The notes under the pieces were generated by a model. It worked only from the letters and a program-made list of their open reading frames with translations. It ran no database searches and was not told the origin of the DNA. DNA of 64,000 nucleotides from the human T2T-CHM13v2.0 reference genome, Homo sapiens, in NCBI RefSeq assembly GCF_009914755.1, contig NC_060929.1, one strand, 5' to 3'. The position numbers and the translations under genes were made by a program. Below, piece after piece: positions 53,454 through 64,000 of this stretch. Positions within the stretch are counted from its first letter, which is position 1. Each line of letters begins with the position of its first letter.

Positions 53454-54027
53454 CTAATAGTTAATTTTAGGTATCAGTTTGACTGGATTACGGGATACCT
53501 AGGGAGCCGGCTAAGCATTAAATCTGAGTGTGTCTGTGAGGGTGTTTTTGGAGGCAATTGGTGTGAGTTGGTAGACTGAGTGAGAAAGAACTCCCTTCAA
53601 TGTGGGCAGGCACCATTCAATTTGCTGGGAGCCTGACAGAATAAAAAAGGGAGAGAAAAGTGGAATTTGTTCTCTCTCTCCTGGAGCTGGACCACCCTTT
53701 TTTCTGGCCGTGGACACCAGAACTCAAGATTTTATACCTTAGGACTCTGGGACCTGCACCAACCACCTTCTCTCTCAACACCTTCTGCCCCCCACCAGCC
53801 TGCACCCACAACACGCACACACCCCAATAGGTTTTTGGGCCTTTGGCCTCAGACTGAGTGTTACCCAATCAGTTTTGCTGGTTCTGAGACCTTTAAAATT
53901 GGACTGAGCCATGCAAAATGCTTCCTTGGTTCTCTAGCTTGCAAATGGCCCATCATGCTACTTCTCAGCCTCCACTATTGCATGAGCCACATACCCTAAT
54001 AAATTCCCTTTCATCTACCTTTTACTG

Positions 54028-54067
<40 letters not shown>

Positions 54068-54150
54068 ACCATCTATCCATCTATCCATCTATCCATCCAT
54101 CCATCTATCTCTTATGTGTTCTGTCTCTCTGGAGAATCCTGAATAATATA
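53454..54150 (+). mobile_element. ERVL MLT2B-like solo LTR
   Basis: gttaattttaggtatcagtttgactggatt...gtgtctgtgagggtg...ttctgtctctctggagaatcctga. Confidence 0.85.
54028..54108. repeat. (TCTA)n(TCCA)n STR inside MLT2B
   Basis: Direct reading. Confidence 0.95.
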
Positions 54151-54639
54151 TATGATAACACTCTCTGGTAATACTTAATGTGATTTTTTTCCTATTATTT
54201 GATTCTAAAAAGGTTCATTTTAAAATTATGTATTTGTTGTTCTAGTGAATAAATCAAGTACATTTATGTTTAAAAAAATTTTAGTTAAAAACTATTTTGT
54301 GTGAATTACGTGCTAGAATATTAGGCTAAGATTATGGAATAACATGAATATTAATAAGGAAATATTCAATGACAAATAATTTTACAATAAAAATGTTAAA
54401 ACCACTGATACATCTAATTGATTTGCAAGATAGTTTGCAGAAATTTTACAATATAAACAGGTACTGTAGAGAATTAATTAGGAGAAAAATGAATGTATAT
54501 AGCCATTTATCATATGTGAATCAAAGCAAGCAGAAAAAGACTGATGTTTTTTAACAATTGAAGAAAAGAAAGGAGAAGAAAGGTTACATAAAAGAGAATA
54601 AGTGATTTGGAAGAAACATGTCTCAATATAACAGCAAAT

Positions 54640-55420
54640 GTAATTAGAAAATTAATCAAGTTTATTGATAGAGGTCAGATCCTAAGATAGAATTTTAATA
54701 TTAATATATTCTGTGTAAGAGACATAACTAAAAACTAAGATAAAGAAATGCTGAAATGAAAGAAAGAAAACCTACAAAGGACAACTATAAAACAAAAGCA
54801 TCCCAATGGTAGCATTTTCTGTTAGTCAAACTCAAATGTAAGGTGAAAAACAGTATAAGCCATAGAGAGCTAATATAAATGCTTAAATGAAACTAAAAAC
54901 TGTGGTAATAGCGTAATGGTACATACAAAACTAAACAATAGAAACTTAAATATTTATAACAACTGACAGAACATGTAACTTATAAAACAAGGGAATATAG
55001 GTAAAAGGATAAATATAGTTGGAGATTTACCACACCTATTTCAAAATCCAATAAAATAAGCTTTTTAATGCATGAGTGATTGAATTTGAATTTTACAAGG
55101 AAAAATTTTACACAGAAGAAAAATAATTTCCTGAGACCTAATGTAATTTTCTGAAGTGACATGTGAAAAAGACCACACATCAGGCCTCAGTAAATTTCAA
55201 TGTTATAGTGCCATTTTTATTATTTTCTGACAACATAATGAAACATTAAAAATCAACAAGAGAAGATGTAAAAATGAATATGACTGTAAAATAAAAAGTT
55301 ATTAAATAAGAATTGAGTTAAAACTTATTAACAAAAGCATAAAACAATGCTGTATTCATTAAAAACACAGTATTTCAAAATTTCTGAGACAAGCAATAGC
55401 AATATTTCAAAGCAAAATAA
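54640..55420 (+). mobile_element. Very old L1M ORF2 endonuclease-region remnant
   Basis: A-rich strand; atagttggagattt, gaccacacatcaggcc, ttttctgacaacataatgaaacattaaaaatcaac resemble decayed EN. Confidence 0.5.
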
Positions 55421-56029
55421 AGTTTTCTTTATTTTATTTTTACTGTAATGTGTATTTAATGACCCAATTAACTTTCAAGCTTGCAGAGACCACTGCACAA
55501 CTTTGGTTTATAATACAAAGTGATAAATTTAATATGTCCAATGATATCGGATTTGTAGCATAAATAAAGTCATAAAATCATCTCTAAAAAGAGTTGAACA
55601 TTGCCAGTTTTGCTCCTTTTAAATGAATCACTTGCTTTTCCTTGTTAAAAAATGTGTTATCAAAGTTATGAAAATAACTGAAATTATTTTTAAAAAGCAA
55701 TATTAAAATAAAAAAGATGCTCAACTTCCTGAAATGGTAGTCAAATCATAAATCTAATTCTACATGTTTATAAAATCCTCTGACATTATCTCTTAAAACA
55801 TCCTTTAAAATTAAAGCATTAAGTGCAGCTTTTAAAGTTTTGACTCATTTGAATTATGAACTTTAGCAGAGGTCTTTGAATTATAAAATTTTGAATATGC
55901 TGTTGTATGCAGTAAATAGTATTAAATTTCGATTGACTTTTTTGTTGATGAAAATAAGATATTTCAGACAAAAATTAAGTTACTAATTTTCTTGTCCAAT
56001 ATTTTTCTAAACAGTCAGATAACTTTGTA

Positions 56030-58480
56030 AATCTTTTATTTTAGTTAAAATTTCTATACATTGAAATGCACATATGTTAAATGTAAAATTCAATGAGTTT
56101 AGGTAAGTATAATAAAACCTAATTAAAATATACAAAATTTTCTTCAAACCAGGTGGTTCCCTTATATGACTTTTCACTAGATTCTCACCACCATAAGCAA
56201 TCTTTGGTCTGATTTTTTTTACATCATGATATAATTTTTTATCTTCTTCATCTTCAAAAAACTGCAATCATAGAGTGTACATTATTTTCTTACTTTTTTC
56301 ACCTAATTTAGTTACATGCACCATAATGCACTTTATTTTATTGCTGAATAGTATTCTGTTGTACACTTAAATCATAATTTATTTTACCAACTTGATTTTA
56401 ATAAATATTTGATGTATTTTAGAGTTTTGTCTATTAAGAGTAAAACTAATGTAAATAATTGTGTTTCTGGTGTTTTCACTCAGTATAATTTGTATTTCCA
56501 TTTTTCTTTTGCTGGGCATGTAATTTGTTTCCCATTTTTGATTACAGGAATAACTCTACAAGAATCATTCCTGTATAAGTTGTTTTGTTGACTCGTTTTT
56601 AATTCTGGGCTAAGTACCTTGAAATGGAATTACTGGAATACAGAATAGATTTATCTATAATATGATATATTTTTTAAAACCTGCCAAACTATTTTCGGAA
56701 GTGTTTCTACTATTTTATATTCCTAACAAAATAATAAAAAGTTTTAGTTGTTCTTCAGCATTTCCAACTTATTTTGTCTGTATTTTTTATTTTAGCAACT
56801 TAGTAGGGAAGTTTGTGGTTCATCTCATTGTAAGTTCATTTCCTTCATGACTAATTATGCTGTGTGCATTTAATTTGCTTATTGACCATTTTTTAATCTT
56901 CCTTTTTCAAGTGTCCATGACCACATTTTAGTCGTATTTTTAATTATTGATTTCTTAGAGTTGATTGTAAATTTTATATCATAGTCCTTGCTTGGATGCA
57001 TATATTGTGAGTATTTGCTCTGACTTCATGGCTGATTCTTTATTTTGCTAATGGTGTCTTTGGATGTCAGGAATTTTAATATTAATTAAGTCAATTTAGC
57101 AAATTTTCTTGATAGTTAACGATTTAGGTGATCTCATTAAAAATCCTTCTTTACCATGAAGATATTATTTGATGAGTTTATGAATTTTCATATTTCAGCA
57201 TTTAGGGTGAGGTACATGATTCATTTTTAAATGTGTTAAGAGTCCAGCATTTGATAGGATTCAAGGTTTATTTATTTTCTCTACCATCTAACCAAAACTG
57301 AACTTCCTTGGAACCTTTGTAGAAAATAAACATAGAATACCTCTGGTTTCTCTCTTCTGTTTCATTGATCTATTCGATTTTCTTACACAAATGCCACACT
57401 CTTCTGGTTATTTTAACATTGTAGTAATTATTGGAATAAAGTTTATTCATCATTTTTAAGATTATTCAGCTATTCTAGAGCCTTTAGGTTTTCATGAAAA
57501 TAATTTAATAAAGTTGTTCATGTTTTCCAAAAAGAATGTTACATTCTTACTGGGAATGCATTAAATCTATATATAGATCAATGTGTGGACAATTGAATCT
57601 ATAAATATAAAATATTCCAATTCATTAGCTCATTCTGTCTCTGTATTTATTTATGGCTTCTTAAGTATCTCCTTTCAGTAACTTAAAGTGTCTTGGTAAT
57701 GTTTTGCATGTGTTTTGCTTAATATATTCTTAAGCATTTTATAGTTTTCGATGATTTTAAAAGTAATGTTTGTCTGAAATTAATTTTTAAGTTTTGCTTC
57801 TAGTGTCTGAAATGTAATTTTAAAAGACATTGACCTTGTATCCTACAAATTTGCTAATGTCACTTATGGATACTGGTAGTTTTTGCAGATTCCATAGGGA
57901 TTCCTGTGTAAATAATCACCTGATCTGCCAGAAGGTCAGTTATGCATATTTCTTTCTGATGGTTTCAACTGATTTGTTCTTGCCTGATGGAAATAGCTAA
58001 GACCCCCAGAGTAATAATCTATGGAACCAGTGATAGTGGACATCCTTGCCTCATTTCTTACTTTAGTACTAAAAAGCTCAATATTTGCACAATAAGTACG
58101 ATGATAATTGTAGGTGTCATATAGATAACTTTATTCAGATTAAGAAATATGTTTTTAGTTTGCTCAGTTTTGTCAATAATATTGTTGAATTTTGTTAAAT
58201 AACTTTTCTGTACCTACTGTGGTAATATAAAATGTGTTAATGTGGACATATACTTGGTTATTTTTACAGTAAACTGACTTTGCATTAATTGGTTAGAATA
58301 TAGTTGGTCATGATATTTTATCAACTTGTTATTTTACTATATATGATTTGCTAATATTTAAGGTGTTTTCTATTTTTATGAGACACCAAATTTCCTTCCT
58401 TCCTTTCTTTTCTTTTCTTTTCTTTTCTTTTCTTTTCTTTTCTTTTCTTTTCTTTTCTTTTCTTTCTTTCTTTCTTTCTT

Positions 58481-58511
<31 letters not shown>

Positions 58512-59150
58512 AATATAACTCTCAGAATTAGTACTAGGGCTGTATTAGCCCCACAAAAAAATCAAAGGATATTCTATTTTTGCTATTTTCTAAACAGTTT
58601 GAATGAGATTACTCCTAATTTTTTCCTAAATGTATGATAAAATCCACGAATGAAGCCAATCTGGGCTGAAGTTGTGGGTTATTTTGTCATCACAGATTTA
58701 AATTACTATTAAACAGAGGATCATAGGTTTCTGCATTCCTCTTGGATCAATTTTATTAGATTCAATCTTTCAAAAAATTATCCCTTTATTGAATTTGTCA
58801 AATTTGTGTCACATATTTTATTATTATATTCCTTTTTTACTTTGCAATGACTCTAGCCTCTATATCTCCCTTTTAGTTCTTAATATTGGAAATTTCCATT
58901 CTGACTCCATGTACTGAGCCTTAGAATTATCAGTTCTATTAAACTTTTCAAAGAATAAATTTCTGTCTTGGTTAATTTTCTTTATTTTAATTATATTTTA
59001 TTTATATCCACTCATATATATTTCTTGCTTAATTCTACTTACTTGGGTTAAATTTTTATGTCTTTCCTAATTTTTTAAAGTGAAGACTTAAGACACTGAT
59101 TTTTAAACCTTTCTTCTTTTCTAATTTCTTCTAATTTGTCCAATATTTTA
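56030..59150 (-). mobile_element. Old L1M (MD/ME-type) 3' UTR and ORF2, antisense
   Basis: ttgctgaatagtattctgttgta, tgaccttgtatcctacaaatttgcta, gtgatagtggacatccttgcctc. Confidence 0.7.
58391..58511. repeat. (TTTTC)n(TTTC)n polypyrimidine repeat
   Basis: Direct reading. Confidence 0.95.
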
Positions 59151-61094
59151 GTGCCTATTGGAGGAAGACAAAGTCAAGTAAGAGTTCATTTGTCATTGTC
59201 AGCTGTGCAATAATTTTTATCTCCCTTTTAAAAATGTTTAAATCTAGTATACAATACTTTTGCAGCTATAACATATTATTTATCAAATGGCAAAAATTCT
59301 ACTAAATATTGGAATAACTAGTTTCATTGTAAAATATTTCAATAATCCAAATATTTGATTTCAATATATTTACTTATAAAACTGTGATATTATTCTATTA
59401 ACTTAGAATTTTCACTTGTAGATTGAGCCAAATATTAATTCAATAAGAAAAAGATTCATTTTAATGTTCTTTTTTTATGAGACATTTAGTGATATATTTG
59501 CTGGTTAAGTACTCTAAGCTGAGGGATGTTCCAAATTAAAAGTGCAAATCAGAAGTCATAATGTTTATAATTCTTTATGCTGGTAAAAATTTTGTTGCTA
59601 GGTGGATAAATCTGCCCACCAGCTAAAGCTGTATTAGTAATAAAACCATGTCATAATTATAGAGTATCAAATAAGAATAACATTTCCCAGCTAGAATCTT
59701 GAAATATTTAAATGACTGTTTAAAGTAATCTAGATTTCTCTAAGGAAAGGACATTTTAAGTGGAACACAAAATATGACTAATCTGGACATACTCAACACT
59801 AATTAAGAACATTTATCACTGGTAACCTGATTCCTTTTCTTATAATTGCCATTGCATAAAAATGTCTGATCAACATAAATGTTTGATTAGTAAAACATTT
59901 TATTACTTATAATAATGCATATCATAATTGGCTCTGTATGCAGAAGATGGTATTTTTAGTGAGTACTGTAGTTATACAGTGAAATGTTAATTAAAACGGA
60001 AGTAGTAAACTGTTTGTTCCAAGTCCAATTACTTAATTATGGAATTAAACCAATATAAAGCTAAATAATTTGCCACTTCTACTCTCACTGGTATTATAAA
60101 ATGATATCCGAATGATTTCCAAATTGATTAGCATGACTCTAACTGTCATGAACTGCAGGTTGCCAGGATATTGAATTCTCGAAACAGCTCATAACTGTTT
60201 TTTTTTTAATTCCCCTGATGGCTGTCAGTGTAGCAGTGCAACTTAGCAATATAAGAAAGCATATATTTTGGAAACATTAGAATGAAAAAATGTTATTGTC
60301 TTTCGTTCTTTAAAAATTGCTATTGTAATGGTACAAATTTTGGAGATGTATTTACTTTGGTTTGTTTTAGAATTGACCTTATCGGTTCATAAAGATTACA
60401 CTATAGAGCGTACTTTTAAACAATGCTTTGAAAGGCAAATGCTTTGAAAATTGGTTAAGAAAAATTCCAGTTCAGAATTTACCACTTTCAAACACTACAT
60501 TGAAAAGTGCTTATAAAAGTTGATATTTAAAACAAACATATCTTTTTCTACCCAAAGTAATGTGATTTTTTTCTGATGAATTACTACTAGGTTGGAAAAA
60601 AATTAAATGATATGCATTTCAATAGTAAAATAATTATATGGTTGACTATGTTCAGAAATTAGATCCATTCAATTACATAAATTTTTATGCTTCCCTAATG
60701 CATAATTCATAACTTTTAAGCTTGTAATTCATAATTTTTCAGCTTGTCTAATGCAATGAAACAAAAATAAAATTTAAATAGTTAATCTAAAAATGCTTGT
60801 CTTATATCTCTGTTTACCTCTCAATGTAATATTAGACTATCTTTCAATAGAGACTATTTTACACAAATTTTCATTAGAATAGATAAAATAGACTGTTAAA
60901 GACTTTAGAATTGGGGTGGAATAAATAATTTTTTCTCTTGATGTTGTCATAATGTCAAGCTTTGGAATAATAGAATGGTTCCGTTGCTGCTGTCTATTAC
61001 TTTGCATGCACTGAGGATAGAATAGCCCTCCTCAATGTGGGGTGGTTATGATACCCTTTCCCAAAGAACTGTAAACTCTTAGAAGAGCAGGAGT

Positions 61095-61550
61095 TGTTGC
61101 AGTATCCAACCTTCAAGATGGCCTCCAATGATACCCATTTCCACATATTTATAACTGTGTACTTTTCTTCTGTTACCAAGGTTGATACGTGTTACACATA
61201 GAATATGGTAAAAGTGATGGTATGCCACTTTTGAGATTACATTATAGAAGAGTGAATTCCATCTTGAGCCCTCTTGCTCACCTGCTCTTTCTCTCATATC
61301 ACTCGCTTTGGGAGAAACCCTATCATGAACAATCCTAAGGAGAGACCAACATGGCAAAGAAGAAAAGCCTCCTGCCAACAATCGTACGAGTGAACTTGGA
61401 AGTTGATTATGCCACCACAGTTGAACATTGAGATGAGTGCAGCCTCAGGCAATGGACGTGACTGCAACCTTGGGACAGACCTTGAACCAAACCACCCAGG
61501 TAAACTACTCTCAAATTCCTGCCCCTCAGAGAATGTCTGGGATCTTAAAT
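61095..61550 (+). mobile_element. MaLR LTR (MLT1F-like), 3' end missing
   Basis: caagatggcctccaatgatacc...cactcgctttgggagaa...aaccacccaggtaaactactctcaaattcctg. Confidence 0.8.
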
Positions 61551-61551
61551 G

Positions 61552-61920
61552 CAGGCATGCCTTGTTTTATTGTGCTTCATTTTATTGTTCTTTGCAGATA
61601 CTATGTTTATTCGGAATTGGTGGTTTCTGACAACCCTACATGAGGAATTCTGTTGACACCATGTTTCCAACAGGATGTGATCACTTTGTATCTTTGTCAC
61701 ATTTTGGTAATTCTTGTACAATTTAAAAATCTTTTTATTATTATAATATCCATTATGGTGATCTGTGATCAGTGATCTTAGAGATTACTATTATAATTGT
61801 TTTGGGGTACCACAAACCACTCCCATATAAGATGTCAAATTTAATCCAGATGTTTTGTGTATTCTGACTGCTCCACCAACAAGTCATTCCCCCATCTCTC
61901 TCCCTCTCCTTGAGCCTTTC
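61552..61920 (+). mobile_element. Tigger1 5' fragment
   Basis: TIR caggcatgccttgttttattgtgcttc; gtgatctgtgatcagtgatct; ctgactgctccaccaac. Confidence 0.85.
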
Positions 61921-62605
61921 TAACCAACAATGTTTATGGACACCATAGGCTCTGAAAATGAAACATCTGCTATTGCTAAAATATTTGTGCTCATTCTTTC
62001 CTCATTTGTTTCATGGTTACTTATGAAGATATTGAAGTTTTAGTGTACAGGCTACATGAGTATTAGATTATTCCTATTACCCCCTTTAGTGTAATACTAG
62101 TCTGATAGCTTTTAGTATTAGTTTCAGTTAAAATTATTTACTCATTCATCTCACAAGTTTTTAAATTATGTGGAAACAATGCATATCTACTTGAGTTATG
62201 AGTATTGAATGTGGACTTGGGGAAAATGCACATATTAATATGGAGAGAAGAAAATAAATATTCTATATTTCTTTTCTTGTTTTTGACTTATTCACATTAG
62301 TTTCCTGCTTTTAGCATGGTCTTATTTCTGACTATCCTGTTAAGTGCTATAATTACTGTAGAAAATATTAAGATATAAGTGCTAATATTTCTGTAGAAAA
62401 TTTTGAGACATCTATGTTCTGAAGCACTATTACAAATGTTCATTGTTTAAAACTTGAGATACCTAGATTATTCTGTATTACTTTGAGTTAAAAATTGTCA
62501 ATTAATTTAACAACTAATTTACTTTAACAACTAGTTTAACTAATTTGTTAATTCATTTAACTTGCCATAAAATGATAAAGAAAAGTATTCCCCACAAATG
62601 AAGTA

Positions 62606-63128
62606 CAGTATCCTCACTTAACATTGTCAGTGGGTTTTTGGCAATTGCAACTTTAAGTAAAAAGACATGTAGCAGATCCTGAGTAACATCATTTCCTTCA
62701 AAGTAGTTTGATAGTATGATGCTGATGAGAAAAATAAATCAGATCTATTATATGTATGTATGTGTGTATGTATATATGTATTTTGGAGACAGGGTCTCAC
62801 TTTGTCACCAAGGTGTGAAACGGCTTACTCTAGCTTCCACCTTCTGGGTTCAAGTGATCTTCCCACCTCAGCCTCTCAAGTAGCTGTGACTACAGGCATC
62901 CACCACCGAGCTGGCTAACTTTTGTTTTTTGTTTCTTTGTAGAGACAGTGTTTTGTCATATTTTCCAGACTGGTCTTGGACCCCTGAGCTCAAGCCATCT
63001 GCCCACCTTGGCTCCCCAAAATACTGGTATTCCAGGTGTGAGCCACTGGCCCAGCCCAGGTTTGTTATGTGTTGCTTGCTTAAATTAGAAGTTTCCAAAA
63101 ACCTATAATGTTTAGTAAGAACTTATTG
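62606..63128. mobile_element. MER6B-like Tigger MITE split by AluJ
   Basis: TA then cagtatcctcacttaac...gcaactttaag on the left; cttaaattagaagtttccaaaaacctat...aacttattg on the right. Confidence 0.7.
62751..63057 (-). mobile_element. AluJ-like with (TATG)n-converted tail
   Basis: gagacagggtctcactttgtcacc, gatcttcccacctcagcc, gctcaagccatctgccc (J-type). Confidence 0.88.
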
Positions 63129-63234
63129 TGCCTTAAATATTGCAAAGATACCAAGGACGTATGAAGAATTGGTTTGGTGATTATAATTTTATTGTACTCT
63201 CTTCAATAAAATGTCAATTTTAAGAACCTCTATA

Positions 63235-63560
63235 GTATACTTGTCACTGTGAAAGAACCAATTTAAGTACATCACTGTTAACTAAACTCCAGAGTTTAAT
63301 TTTACTTCATTAGTTTTTCCCTACTGCCGTTTTTCTATTCCAGGATCCCATCCAGGTGGCTACCTAATATTTAGTTGTCATATCTTCTTGGGCTCCTCTG
63401 GATTGTGATGGTTTCTTTTTTTCCTTTTCTTGATGACCTTGACAGCAGCAGCGGTCACACATTTTGTAGAATCTTCCTCATTTGGGATTTTTGGATGTTT
63501 CGTTGCAGTTAGATGGGGTTATGCATTTCTGAGGGAAAATATTGAAATTTTGAATGAAAT
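63235..63560 (-). mobile_element. L1MC4-like 3' fragment
   Basis: gttaactaaactccaga...ttccaggatcccatccagg...atttagttgtcatatcttctt. Confidence 0.6.
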
Positions 63561-64000
63561 TAACTACCTATATATACACTACATGAATTCCAAATATTTA
63601 TGGAATATAAGCAGTTTTGATATTTATTAATAGTCACATACTATGCTGAAGCCATTCATTTATTCACTCATTCATTTACATTTTATAAAATGCTGTTTTT
63701 ATAAAGAATATGATGATACATATACATTATTAATACATATAGCTATGAACAGACTGTGATATCCATACTAACATTTAATCCAAGACTGTTCATTTTAATG
63801 CAATGGGTTTTGCTGGTAATTGGTAATAAAAAAGCATCATTAACCAGTACATTAGGACATTCTGATTCACTCCTCTAGATTTCAGGCTTAAGAGGCCATT
63901 ACATTCTTAATGACCCTAACCAATGGAGGCAGTAGTTTTCCTCTCAAAGGAAAGTCCCAGAGTAGAGTTGTTTTCCTTGATTTATATACTAACTGGATGT

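Noticed and set aside
58391-58511. Long TTTTC/TTTC tract as a retroelement tail
   Set aside because: No Alu or L1 3' body follows; best read as a simple repeat expansion within old L1.
60422-60750. Short direct duplications (aatgctttgaaa twice; taattcataa...agcttg twice)
   Set aside because: Ordinary slippage micro-duplications in AT-rich DNA.

Overview
AT-rich, CpG-depleted primate (almost certainly human) genomic DNA, judged from AluJ/S/Y, L1PA, MSTA and MADE1 content. It looks intergenic or deep-intronic and is dominated by decayed transposable elements: L1s of many ages, Alus, MaLR/ERVL/ERV1 LTRs, one ERV1 proviral remnant with a recognisable env TM segment, and Tigger/Charlie/Mariner DNA transposons including a near full-length Tigger2. 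I find no intact host protein-coding gene, RNA gene or CpG island. All recognisable ORFs in the track are TE remnants (L1 ORF2, Tigger2 transposase, ERV env, antisense Alu). I see no convincing new biological system. The most interesting signals are fossil repair and rearrangement scars: a ~40-bp insertion in Tigger2 apparently templated from 2.6 kb downstream, an L1 endonuclease fragment patched in inverted inside another L1, a TSD-less AluSp at a large L1 deletion, and two twin-primed L1 inversions. There is also a small non-repeat, CpG-retaining segment with paired half-CRE sites and splice signals. Repeat subfamily names come from recalled consensus sequences, not a database search, and boundaries of old elements are approximate.
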